The position numbers and the translations under genes were made by a program. The notes below the pieces were generated by a model that was given only the letters and a program-made list of their open reading frames with translations, was not told the DNA's origin and ran no database searches. Shown here in pieces: positions 52,350 to 64,000 of a stretch of DNA of 64,000 nt. Origin of the DNA: Macrostomum lignano (lineage: Eukaryota); assembly GCA_002269645.1 (NCBI GenBank), contig NIVC01003605.1, positions 24,470 to 88,469 of the forward strand, in the 5' to 3' direction. Numbering within the stretch: position 1 is the first letter of the stretch; the number at the start of each line of letters is the position of its first letter.

Positions 52350-54652
52350 CTTCCTCTTTAAAACTAATTGCATAATTCGCTCTAACTCTTCTTCATTCCT
52401 TTTCCAAATATGATCCTTCGCCTTTCGAAGCTCTTCAAGCTCATTTTCGTGCATCTCTGCTTTCTACTAAGCTTCTTTAAGCAACAGAAGTGCAACACTC
52501 TTCTTTTTTTCCCTAATTTCCATTGCATTTGAAACATCCATTTGCAAAGAGCTGAATTGCTTGCTAGCTTTCTTTTTTGCCTCCACTTTAGTGAGCACCC
52601 CTTTCGTTAGCTTTTTATAGCGCTCTCACTTTGCTTCTGCTGCCTTATCCTTCAGTCTCTGTCAGTATGCCAAATGAGCACTTGCGCACATGTTCAGAGA
52701 GCTAAGGTGACGGGCAGATTTGCAGCAGTCTATTTCTTTATAGACAAACAGGAACAAGTGACAATTAACTTAAGGCCTTGACAGTGAAGGGTGCCGAACT
52801 CATTTGCTTCTTAGTAACTGTGTCCCAAACCATAAACCAGACTCAAGACTCACTCAAATTCAGCATTCCCATGTGGGAGAATAAGAAGTGCTTTGACAAA
52901 TCTGATAGAGGATGATTACTAGCCTTAGATACAGACTCCCAAAGCTCAATAACATTTGACAACTCTAACTCTAGAATCTCTATCTGGTGTAGACATACCT
53001 CAACTTCCACATTGCCAATCTCCATGTCAGTGAAAGCAAATTACATTTCCGCCGCAAGGGTTGTAACCCACTTAACATACAATAAATTACACTGCTCCTT
53101 CAGATCCAGCATTTTCAGGCCTTGACGAACTTACTCTTGAAGGGCAAGTAGTCCCTTAGTTTTTCAGTTCCAACTTGGAAGAATTTTTTCATTGCTTGAA
53201 GACACACTTGCTAGTCGTTAGCACTCATGTCAACAAACAATCCCTTTGCTGGCTCACCCATCCTAATGCTATAGGGCCCTAGCCAGACAGCTGGATCATC
53301 CAAGTTGACTTTCCATGGATGCCACTTGGAAAGCTTGGCCAAATCTACAAATTGCATCAGCTAGCACTTTATCAAGTCTAGCATTTGAATGTGTAGGATG
53401 TGGAGCTAGGAGCTTTCCTGCTGGAAAAGAAGCTCAAAATGCTAAAGTGGCTGCAAAACCTTGACTAAGAAGCAAAGAAAGAACTCAGTCTTTGGATCTC
53501 TTAGGGCCTTTTTATGGTACCAGTGTGCAGCCCTGAGTCCCTACTCTTGATGTTCAGTTCCAAAAAAAACTTATCAATTGGTGCATATAGATAGAGCACT
53601 TGTTCAAGGATAGGCAGCACTTAGAGCCACCAGGTGTCCACAGGTCTGAGGAATGCGAGCTTCTTTATCTCACAGAAGCTGTCAGCTAGAATGTCATCAA
53701 AACCATCCAATTGCACTATCTTAAAGAAGGCGTAGATCTCCTTAAGCAAGTGTTCTATTGACATTCCAAGGTCTGAAGAACCATAGGCATATCTAGCCAC
53801 GTTAGTGATATGGTGTAAGGAACAGCCTCCTAGATTGATTATGTTAGGAAACCCATTGGTTTTTAGCCTAACAACTGTACCACTCTTGACACCACACATA
53901 GCATTATAACTGTCACTCATAATAGAGAGACAGTTGTTGCTATTGATTCTACACTCCAACATTGACTGATGGATGGAAGTCGCCATTGCCTCTGCTGTTG
54001 TAGACTTTAACTTACACAAGTCAATGCAGACCACTTTAACGTCAAAAGACAAGCTGGGCAGGAAGCGGGCAACTACTCCAAGGTATTTGGATCCTTTATT
54101 AGCCTCATTGATTTGGAGCGAGAACCATTTAGCTGTGCGGATCTCTTGCAGCACTACTTCTCTGATGTATAGAAACAATGCATCCTAAAAGAGATAAGCA
54201 ATCTTGCTTTCATGGAGCTGCATACAGGGAGGAATCTTTGAATCTCGACAAATCGCAGCAATATTCTCAGTGAGATCTTCTGATTCGAAGCTGCGTGCCT
54301 TGATTACAAGTCTTGTAACACATCGGATCTCAGCTGCCCATGTATCAGCAATTGTACTGCTTGTGTCTAATGTAGTTGAAGCAACTATATTGCCTGAGCT
54401 GGCTTCAGCAGCGCCTTCAACATCAGTTTGGGTTTGAGTCACCACCGGCAGTGGAGCGCAGTTCTTTCTACTGGACAAAATCTTTTTATGTTTGCCAGCC
54501 TCTGCGTGGCTTCTAAAGTTGGTCAGGCCACTTTTTATTTCAAAAGTTTTGGCACCAGTTGCAGCGCACTGTGCTACTCTCGCTGTTGAGCTTCTTTGCC
54601 CAGATACCAATCTTTTTGCCATTGTTATCAGTGCACTCCAGCCAGTCTTCAT
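52350..54652 (-). pseudogene. Decayed hAT transposase
   Basis: Zn-finger-like N-terminus (LTNFRSHAEAGKHKK), FSLQINE (first D region), IMSDSYNAM, GGCSLHH (CxxH), DTWWL (RW motif), LLILPHGNAEFE*VLS (catalytic E region), and a Lys-rich tail; multiple stops and frameshifts. Confidence 0.87.
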
Positions 54653-55768
54653 TCCAAGCCACTGGTAACCTCGGGCTATTACTTAGGCTTATGGAGGCAC
54701 TGGATTGAGTTGTTGAATGGCTGAAAGTATCAAAAGATAAACAAAAGGTATAAGCAGACTATGCTAGCTTTTACAAATCCATAGTTGCATAGATAACACA
54801 TTTATCTATCTCATGATATTTATTATTAGACGAATCCTAAAAATCTATACATTTAACAAAATAAAATGTTTGATTAAGACAATAAAAACATGGTGATAGC
54901 TTCATTTTATTCAAGTACTACACAATAAAGAATAAAGAATTCAGTAGTCAAAAATTTATTTAATAAGCATTTGTATGAAGGCCCATTACACAACACAATT
55001 CTTTAGAAAAACTTATAAGAAGCATTTTGTTTTTTTTTTGCATTCTCCATTGCCTTCAATTTTTGTGTCCGGGTGATAGAATTTGCATATCCACGTTATT
55101 TTCGTGTTTGACATGAATTCGCGTCATGTCCACAGCCCTTAGAGGTCTATATACTCGTAATTTATCAAGCTTAGAGAAGTTCCGAAGTATCAATTTCATT
55201 TTCCAAAATTTGAATTTTTTAAAAGCAAATTTCAATTTTGAAAAAAATTAGAAGTCAAAATTTTAGAAGTGTCTAAAAAGTTGCTAAAATAAACTAATTT
55301 CTGCTACATATACATGTATTTCATTTTGCATAAGCAGTAAATTGAAAGTAAAAAGTGAGTGTTGGTCATACTAAACTTACTAAACTAAACTTTTTCTGAA
55401 TTTTGATTTTGGAAAATTTCAATTTCTATTTTGGAAAGTTACCAAATTTTGATTTCAACAAAATCGAAATGGAAATCCTAAAGCATGGTAAAATAGTTTG
55501 ACTCTTTTCTAAATGCGCGTCTGCGAGTTTTACATTTATTCCAATAGAGCTTGACTGAACCAAGGGTGAAGGGAGTCTGTATTTATAGCCCAAGAATCCC
55601 TAGTGCACCTTTGTGCACAAGACCTTCTGACTTTTTCTTTTTTAGAACTGATGTCACTTCCTGCCAGAGCGAATGCAGGGTCCCTAGGCAAAGTGCACAG
55701 GGCTGTGTGACTCACTGTCTATTTTTAGAAACATGAGTCACCTCTGGCAAGGGCTCCGGGGCACGTGA

Positions 55769-56460
55769 TCTCTAACTATAAAAATCAAAACTCTGTCTGT
55801 GTGTCTGTCTGTCTGTCTGTGTGTCTGTGGACAATTTTGATCGCTATGGACTCCCAAACCACTCAACCAACTAACACCAAATTTTACACCCACCCTAAAC
55901 TTACTACGGAGAATGTCTTAGGCTATCTTTCAATTTCCTAAATTTGAGTCTTCCTACCTAAAAGTGCAAAAAACTGCTCAAAATGCGCGATTTTTTCACT
56001 TAATCCTCCATAGCGCCGCTCCACTTCTACCGATTCTCTTCAAATTTGACACAGATAATCTTTAACTATTTTGGCACAATCATGTAAAATTTTGAGTCTC
56101 AAAGTTAATCCTGAGCGGTGCTGGGCACTTTTAAAGTTAGGCTGTTTTTTTCAGCGTAGCAACCACCCCAACCTCCACCCGCCTGCCTCTCCCGATCTGG
56201 GCAAAAGGTGTAAATAGGTTTTAAAATGACTAACTTTCGGCTGCCATAAGTTTTCTCCACGTGAGGCGATTGGCTTCAAATTTGACACAATTCTTCATTG
56301 ACTCATTCTCTGTCTAAATGTAAAGTCTCAACTCTGTATCTTAATCAGGACAGAAACTATAAGCATGTAAAGTTTGTCTGCTTTTTCTGTTGTTTGTGCC
56401 ACTCACTCACTCATTCCCCAGAGCCAGACGAAGGGTCAGGCGATAGGGCTCAATGTACAT
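55769..56460 (+). mobile_element. Possible non-autonomous Helitron/DINE-like element
   Basis: A|TCTCTAACTATAAAAATC start, (GTCT)n microsatellite, AAACCACTCAACC..CCAAATTTT motif and a 3' GAGCC..GGCTC hairpin. No clear CTRR end. Confidence 0.4.
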
Positions 56461-56931
56461 AGCGAATGTACAGTGTTTTGGAATAACTTTTTAATAGCCT
56501 TCTCTGTACCCCCGCGAGTGGAGAGGCGTGGAGAGGAGAGAGTTTAGCGAGAGATTCAATTTCAAACCAGTGTCCTCTGAATAGACAAGTCTGCAGCAGT
56601 TAAACAAGGATGGCAAATCAAGGCGATATGGGATGGTTTGTAAAAATATCGAAAAATTAATGAATAACTGATTACAATGCAATCCTACTAAATTAGTTAC
56701 ACCATGAAAATTCTAACATTAAGATTCGCATAAGGTAACTTTAAAATTTAAATGGCCTCCTAAGAAATGCATATTTCCATGGTTGTTAGACTGCTGCAGA
56801 CTGTGGTGGTGGAGCTGGAGATATACAAATTTCTCTCAGGGCTGCTAATTGACCAGAAAGATGACGTGATTAAAGCATGAGAAATGATAACAACCATGAT
56901 AGTATTACGTCCCACAAACTGGCTTTCGAAG

Positions 56932-58533
56932 CAGGGATCGGCAGATTTTTATCTCAAAGGCCAGATAAAGAATCCAGCTCATGGCTACGGGCCAGATGAG
57001 AGTGAAAAGGAAAAAGAATAGACTATTAGAAAGGGAGGAGGGGCGAGAGGAGATAAAAGAAAAGATAGAAGATAACAGGAGAGACGTACGAGGAGGTTGA
57101 GGAGAGAGCAGAGAATATGGGACGAAGAAGCGAGAGGAGGGGAGAGAAGAATGTAGAGGAAATAGTAGAGGTGAGAAGATGGAGAGAGAAGAGGGGAGAG
57201 ATGAGACAGAGGATCGATGAGAGAGGAGAGTAGAGAAGAGTGAGATGAGAGAACAAAGAGGAGATGAGAGTATCGAGAGGGGGGATTAGAAAGGATAGAG
57301 GAGAAGAGATAAGAGGGGGAGAGACGAGTGAGAAGAGAGAAGATAGAGATGAGAGAGAGAGTTGAGAAAGAAGAGAGGACAAAGGAGAGATGATAGAGTA
57401 AAGGGAAGAGGAGAGAGGAAAGAGATGAGATTGTAAAGATGAGTGAGATGAAAGGAAATATGAGAGAGTAGATTAGAGATGAGAGATGAAGGAAGAGAGA
57501 GCAGAGTGCGGAGAGACGAGAAAAGAGAATAGAGGGGAGAGAGTATAGAAGAGGGAAGAGAAGAGAGGAGTAAGGAAAGAGAGGAGTCAGAAGAGGGGAA
57601 AGAGAAGAGTACACAGTAGAGAGGAGAGTAGAGATGACAGAAGAGAGAGGGGAATGAGAGAGCAAAGATGAGAGTGAACAGACGATATAAGAGAGGAGAG
57701 AGGAGAGTGAGAGAGAAGAGAGAAGACAAGAGAGGGAGAGAGTATAGAAGAGAGAAGAGAAGAGACGAGAAGAAAGAAGAAAGGATCGAGTCCTCCTGAG
57801 TCAAAAAGGGGAAAGAGAGGAGTACAAGGGGAGAGAGGTGAGAGAACATATGAGAGGAAAGATGACAGATAAGAGAGGGGAGATGAGAGAGCAGAAACGA
57901 GAGTGAACAGACGAGAGATGGGAGAGTAGAGAGAAAAGAGGAGAGATAAGAAATAAGGGATGAGAGGTGGAGACAAGGGAGAGATGAGAAGTGAGTGAGG
58001 AGAGAGGAGGGGAAGGGAGAGAATCGAGAGGACAGGGGAAATTGGTGAAAAGGACGAGAGAGGAGAGGAAAGAGGGGAGAGAAGAGAGAGAAGAGAGATG
58101 AGAGGAGAGAGTGGACAGAGGAGAGGAAAGAGTTGAGAGAAGAGAAGAAAAAGGAGAGAGTAGAGATAAGGAAAGTGTTGAGAGAGGGTAGAGTAAGGAG
58201 TGAGAAGAGAGGTGAGGGAAGAGAGAGCAGAGAGCAGAGGGAAGAGAGAGTAGAGAGCAGAGAGAAATGAGAAAAGATAAAACAGGAGAAAGGAGATATG
58301 AGAGACCAGAGACCAGAGCGAAGAGAGGAGAAGAGAGAGAAAAGAATAGAGGGGAGAGGGAAGAGATGAGAGAAGAGACAAGAGAGGAGAGAAGAAAGAA
58401 GAGATAAGAGGGGAGAGAGAGAAGAGACGAGAGAGAAGATAAGAAACAGAAAAGAAGATGGAAGTTTCAAAGAATGCAAAGGACATAGGGAGAGGCAGAG
58501 GTACGTAGAGGCCAGAGTTTGCCTGACATTCTG
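56932..58533 (+). mobile_element. hAT-Charlie (MER58-like) MITE with a ~1.5-kb internal polypurine (GA-rich) tract
   Basis: Starts CAGGGATCGGCAGATTTTTATCTCAAAGGCCAGATA..GGCTACGGGCCAGATG; ends GAGGCCAGAGTTTGCCTGACATTCTG; GA tract about 56997-58490. Confidence 0.7.
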
Positions 58534-59064
58534 CGCAGCACCCCAGCCAACAATATCAATGTTTGCCTCAAATCCTAATTTTACATGAATGTACACTTTT
58601 TTATGTTTAACTCTATCCTAACTATTAACAAGGGAACAAGTTTCTGTTTGAGTTTTACCTCAGATTTTAGAAAACATGCAAAAATAATTCCCGGGAATGG
58701 AGTTCCCCGGGTTCAAAATCCGCGGGTTTCAACAGCTTGTTTCCTATAAACACAGACAAGCAAGTGTAGCAAATATGTTTAATGCACTTTAGGACTACAA
58801 GAAGACAAGGCTTGTCATATGACTAGGTCATATGAAAATGAAAACAGGCCACCATCGTGACCTCAGGACATAAGCGAAACAAGAGCAGACCACAGCAGAG
58901 ATAACCGTGGCTACAAACAAGAGGGTAGAGAACAGACAGAAAATGAGGGGGAGGGCAGCAAACAAGCAGACAAAAGATAGCAAAAAGCTCTTCTGCAGAC
59001 AGTCTGGTAGACAGTCTCTGGATGTCTAGCAAAAAAACATTATAGCATCTATAGTATGTGGTAA

Positions 59065-59200
59065 GAGGCTGTAGCCTAGTGGTTAGGTGATAAGACTGAA
59101 ATGAAAGGTTGAGGGGGTTCAATTCTCAACCCATTCGGAAGAAAATTTGTCTCCTTGAGAAGGCACCTAACTCTGCACACAGCCTGCATATGTTTTGTTG
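59065..59200 (+). mobile_element. tRNA-derived SINE head
   Basis: A box TAGCCTAGTGG and B box GGTTCAATTC, followed by CCTTGAGAAGGCACCTAACTC; no tRNA acceptor stem. Confidence 0.6.
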
Positions 59201-59390
59201 GCGCTCAGATTTCCTATGAAATGTGATAAGTTTGTGTCCACAAATTGCTACACACTGCTCAAAATATCATGAGTTGGGTGAGATGTACACCCGGACCCCC
59301 GGACACTGTTCGGACACTTGTGCAATGCAACCTCATTACTTCCAGTCTGCATCAGCGCCAGACGAAGAAGCGGGTCCAACTTCGTCGTCA

Positions 59391-62075
59391 ATGGAGCCGA
59401 CGGAGGCGTCGGAGGCGGGCATCAGCCGCGCCAGCAGCGAGGCAATCTCGATGATCAACGCAGACGTCTGGGCTTCTCTGTCGCCGGAGCAGCAGGCCGG
59501 AGTCAGGGCCGCTGTGGACCACCTGAGCGGCGAGTTGGCTCGGGAACGCGAGCGACGCCGCGTGGTCTGCATCGACAGCGAGCAGCAGGTGTTCGACGCT
59601 GAATCGCGCACCTCCGGACTGTCGGCCCGGCTGGCCTCGCTGCAGGCCGAGGCGGAGGCGGCCACGGCGCGAGCGGCCGAGCTGCAGCAGCAGCTGGCTG
59701 GCGCCGAAACCGTGCGGCGCGAAGCTGACGAAGCGCGCTCGGCTTGCAGCGCCGCTGTGCAGCGGGCGGAGTCGCTGACGGCCGAGCTGGCCGATGTTCA
59801 ACGCCGACTTGACGATGCCGAGGCGGCGAAGGACGCTGCGGTGGGCAAGCTGGAAGAGCTGGAGAGAGAGCGGCTGACTCTGGCTCTGCAGCTGGATGAG
59901 AAGTCCTCACTGGCTGACTGCCAGACTGGTGAGTGAATGGTGACAGAGTGCCATTTTGTGACTGTGTGCTCAGCATAGAGTGCCATTTTGTTGTGACTGT
60001 GTGCTCAGCATAGAGTGCCATTTTGTTGTGACTGTGTGCTCAGCATAGAGTGCCATTTTGTGACTGTGCTCACTATAGAGTGCCATTTTGTGACTGTGTG
60101 CTCAGCATAGAGTGCCATTTTGTGACTGTGCTCAGCATAGAGCGCCATTAAAAATATGTTTTAGAAAAAATGCATGTTTTAAACGTTTGTGGCGGCTGAA
60201 TTCTTAGGAAAGCACCTATTCAAAATATTTTCACAGAGTCTCAGTTGCCAGCTGCCCCATTCCCGCCCCAATGATTGCCGCGCCTCTGAAATTGTTATCC
60301 ATCTGCAGAAAATCTGCGGCAAAGCTGTTGTTTGATCAGCTGGTTTGCAGGACGTGCTCTTTTCATTCATAATTGCCCTCTATTTTTGCTAATATTTCGC
60401 CAGGTAGAATTACTTGCCTTAAATATTTGCCTTTACAAAGTGTTTCAACTTTGATGATGCAGCTTCCAGATTCCTAAGATCCGCATCTTATCTCAGCTTA
60501 GGTCCCCAAGATCCCAATCTGAAAAAATCCCAAATCTGTCTAGATCATCTAGAATCCCACCTGAATGCAGCATCCATATCCCCTAGAATCCCATCTGAAT
60601 GCAGCATCCATATCCCCTAGAATCCCCACCTGAATGCAGCATCCATATCCCCTAGAATCCCATCTGAATGCAGCATCCATATCCCTAGAATCCCCACCTT
60701 AATGCAGCATCCATATCCCCTAGAATCCCCATCTGAATGCAGCATCCATATCCCCTAGAATCCCCATCTGAATGCAGCATCCATATCCCCTAGAATCCCC
60801 ACCTGAATGCAGCATCCATATCCCCTAGAATCCCCACCTGAATGCAGCATCCATATCCCCTAGAATCCCCACCTGAAAGAAGCATCCATACCCCTAGAAT
60901 CCCCACCTGAAAGCAGCATCCATATCCCCTAGAATCCCCACCTGAATGCAGCATCCATACCCCTAGAATCCCCACCTGAATGCAGCATCCATACCCCTAG
61001 AATCCCCACCTGAATGCAGCATCCATATCCCCTAGAATCCCCACCTGAATGCAGCATCCATATCCCCTAGAATCCCCACCTGAATGCAGCATCCATATCC
61101 CCTAGAATCCCACCTGAATGCAGCATCCATATTACCTAGAATCCCCACCTGAAAGAAGCATCCATATCCCCTAGAATCCCCACCTGAAAGAAGCATCCAT
61201 ATTCCCTAGAATCCCCACCTGAAAGCAGCATCCATACCCCTAGAATCCCCACCTGAAAGCAGCATCCATATCCCCAGAAAGGCCATTTGTATAGTTTTCA
61301 GATCCCCCTATTCCAATGCAACTGCGCCATTCAAATCCCTAAAATGTCACCTGCACGTGGCTTTGAGATCTCTAAAATCCCAGTCTGAAACAGCATTAAG
61401 ATGCCACCTGCTTGCTGGTGCACCTGGCCAGGTAGAGCAGCTCAATCAAATCCCCAAATCAGCCAGAATCCCAACTGTGCGCTGCCCAATCACAATAATA
61501 ATTATCCCAGAATCCGCATCCCCATCCCTGTAGGCCAAATTGAACGCCTAGAAACTGAGCGCCAGCACCTGGAGGAGCGAGTCCACCTGCTCGAATCCCA
61601 GCTAGCTGAGCAGGAGCAGCAGAATCAGCAGCAGCGGGGGTTGCAGCTTCATCAACAGCAGCCGGCCCAGCAGAATCCGCAGCTGCAACTGCGGCCAACG
61701 AAGAGCTGCTGGCCAGCCTGAGAGCCAAGCTGGACAATGCCGAGTCCAGGGCTGCCGACTTGCAGGCGCGCCTGGACGCGGCTGCCTCCCGCAGCGAGTC
61801 GGACAGGGAGGAGCGCCAGCAGCTGGAGGAGTCCTACCAGCGGCAGCTGCTGGCGAGAGGGCCGCTGCTGAGCTGTGCAAGACCAGCGCTGAGGAGCAGT
61901 CGGCTAGGTGAGCTGCAGCTTCATTCTGGTTTGCCTCATCCACCTGCTGAAGGGTTATCTAAACGGAACTGCTTCTGCTCTCTGGGGTGTTCATTCTCCC
62001 TCTCCTCATTCTCATTCTCTCCTCTCCTCTCTCCATGTCATTCTTTCCTCCTCTCTCTCTTTCCCTCCATTTGCG

Positions 62076-62158
<83 letters not shown>

Positions 62159-64000
62159 GCGCCTCTCCTTTCCCCTAAATGTAATCTGTAACTTCCAGCT
62201 GTGTGATAGGGTCCGTTCTAAAAAGATAATTGCAAGAATTGCATATTTGCAGGCTCCCCAATTTTAAAGAATCTTATCTTTTGAAAATATCCCCATTTCT
62301 ATCAAAATCATAGCTTCCCATCCGGACTGATCCCTCTCTCTCTCTCTGTGTTTGCACCTGTCAGCCTGTGGCCCGTCTGAGAATCCTTCCGCGTGGGAAT
62401 TATTTTTTTCAACTTTTATCCCGTCGCCTGAAAACAGATTCCTTCTTGTCTCTGAAAATGCAAGTACAAATTTGGAATTTACTAATCGGTGCCTTTTTGC
62501 TACGCCTTAAAACCAATTATGGATTCATTTAATGACTTTCGTCCTTTACTTTTGCTGGCGCTCAACTCAACCCAATCATTGAGGCCGCTAGCGTTTAAAC
62601 CAGCTGTTTTTAACCTAGCATTTTTTTATAATCACAAGATTAATAAATTGTACAGCATATCTGCCAATAAAATCAACATGTACTGATGTATTCTATTGAA
62701 CTCTGACCCATAATGACCAGTAAGGATCCTGACACACAATGACTCTTTACACTAGTACAGTAGGTACTCTCTGACCTACAATGACCCAGTAAGGACTCTC
62801 TGACCCAAAATGATCCAGTAAGGACTCTCTGACCCACAATGACCCAGAAATGAGTCTCTGACCCACAATGATCAATGTGTAAGTACTCTCTGACCCACAA
62901 TGACCCAGTAAGAACTCTGACCCAAATGACCCAGTAAGAACTCTCTGACCCACAATGACCCAGTAAGAACTCTCTGACCCACAATGACCCAGTAAGAACT
63001 CTCTGACCCACAATGATCCAGTAAGGGCTCTCTGACCCACAATGACTCAGTAGGTACTCTATGACCCACAATGACTCAGTAGGTACTCTATGACCCACAA
63101 TGACTCAGTAGGTACTCTATGACCCACAATGATCCAGTAAGCGGCTCTCTGACCCACAATGACTCAGTAGGTACTCTATGACCCACAATGACTCAGTAGG
63201 TACTCTATGACCCACAATGACTCAGTAGGTACTCTCTGACCCACAATGACTCAGTAGGTACTCTATGACCACAATGACTCAGTAGGTACTCTATGACCCA
63301 CAATGACTCAGTAGGTACTCTATGACCCACAATGACTCAGTAGGTACTCTATGACTCACAATGACTCAGTAGGTACTCTATGACCCACAATCAACAAGTT
63401 GAAAAAGTTGACTCTGACTCGGTTGACTCAGTAGGTACTTTATGACCCGCAGTGATCAGTAAGGACTCTCTGACCACAATGACTATAAACGCATCACGCT
63501 GAAAACTTTTGCAGATGCGCGGAGCTGTCCAGCGCGCAGCCGAAGGAATGCGCGCCCGACTGTCCGAGTTTTGGCCGCGAACGCGAGTCCATCGAGCGCC
63601 GATTCTCGCCCAGCTGTCCGAAGCGGCAGCCGCCAGTCCGAGCTGGAGGCCACTGTCAATCAGCTGCGAGCCCAGCTAGACGAAGCTCGCTCCGAAGTTG
63701 ACCGCCTGCGCGCGGGAATCGGCGCCCTATCCGAGGCCGAGATCGAGCGCCTGGCGCCAGCGGCCGCCGCCACCAGTCGAATGCTGAAGCGAGGCAAAAC
63801 TCTCACTCAGATCTACGCCGAGCACGTGGAGGTTCAGGGCCAGCTGTCAGCGGCCGGCTAGAGGCCGACAAAGCCAATCTCGCTGTCGCGCACATCCTGG
63901 AGGAGGTGCAGGCCAAGGTGCCGGTCATCCGCCGGCGCCAGGAAGAATGTCGGCGGGTGCGCCTGTCGCTGTGCAGCTGGCCAAGCGGCTTGACGAGTCC
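59391..64000 (+). CDS. TPR: Nucleoprotein TPR (Mlp/Megator) orthologue, 5' part; multiple 1-bp indels in this sequence
   Basis: Exons 59391-59928, 61534-61907 and 63515-64000+. Peptides IDSEQQVFDAESR, ELCKTSAEEQSAR, RLAPAAAATSRMLKRGKTLTQIYAEHVEVQGQL and, after a shift, HILEEVQAKVPVIRRRQEE parallel TPR motifs (VESEQQYFEIEKR; LYKSAADD; SPTAAAVAK..GMKLTELY; EIVKEVEAKAPILKRQREE). Confidence 0.85.
59944..60148 (+). repeat. ~32-bp tandem repeat AGAGTGCCATTTTGTGACTGTGTGCTCAGCAT (~6 copies)
   Basis: Begins about 15 nt after the TPR donor at 59929. Confidence 0.92.
60545..61275 (+). repeat. ~35-bp minisatellite CCTAGAATCCCCACCTGAATGCAGCATCCATATCC (~21 copies)
   Basis: Visible periodicity in TPR intron 1. 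Confidence 0.95.
62075..62153. repeat. (CT)n microsatellite
   Basis: Directly visible. Confidence 0.95.
62700..63480 (+). repeat. ~29-bp minisatellite ACTCT(A/C)TGACCCACAATGAC(T/C)CAGTA(G/A)G(T/A) (~26 copies)
   Basis: Visible periodicity in TPR intron 2, running up to just before the acceptor at 63513-63514. Confidence 0.95.

Noticed and set aside
55125-55140. CATGTCCACAGCCCT as the terminal inverted repeat of the hAT transposase element
   Set aside because: No matching partner was found on the other side of the transposase, so the element ends remain undefined.
56985-58596. 436-aa and 299-aa Leu/Ser-rich 'membrane protein' ORFs (also 33452-33787)
   Set aside because: Antisense translation of the GA-rich MITE interior, which lacks stop codons for compositional reasons.
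59065-59140. Second tRNA gene
   Set aside because: A and B boxes are present but there is no acceptor stem or anticodon arm, so it is treated as a SINE head.

Overview
Intron-rich metazoan genomic DNA with GC-rich Ala/Gln-rich exons and minisatellite-filled introns. The style resembles a Macrostomum-type flatworm, which is an inference only. Five protein-coding genes can be built by hand from GT-AG splice sites: a 5'-truncated RasGRF (DH-PH-REM-CDC25, +, 356-15797); an intronless RIMBP-like coiled-coil/FN3/SH3 gene (-, 18955-21774); a harmonin-N-like (HHD) plus C-terminal PDZ gene (whirlin-like, +, about 29385-38396); a two-finger C2H2 protein with a PLDLS motif (-, 45085-46100); and the 5' part of nucleoprotein TPR (+, 59391 to window end, with many 1-bp indels). 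There is one intact tRNA-Val(CAC). Mobile DNA includes a Crypton-type tyrosine recombinase element with direct repeats and palindromes, decayed piggyBac and hAT transposases, several MITEs, two LINE 3' fragments and SINE-like pieces. The most unusual signals are: (1) a sharply bounded CpG desert of about 4.5 kb over nested transposons, where ancestral CG appears to have become TA, suggesting targeted double-strand or RIP-like deamination; (2) a true 5' splice site tandemly amplified 20 times; (3) two MITE families whose copies differ by in-situ expansion of an internal repeat; (4) the Crypton with non-canonical catalytic residues and an adjacent perfect 45-bp inverted repeat. All homologies were recognised by eye, counts are manual, and no database search was run.
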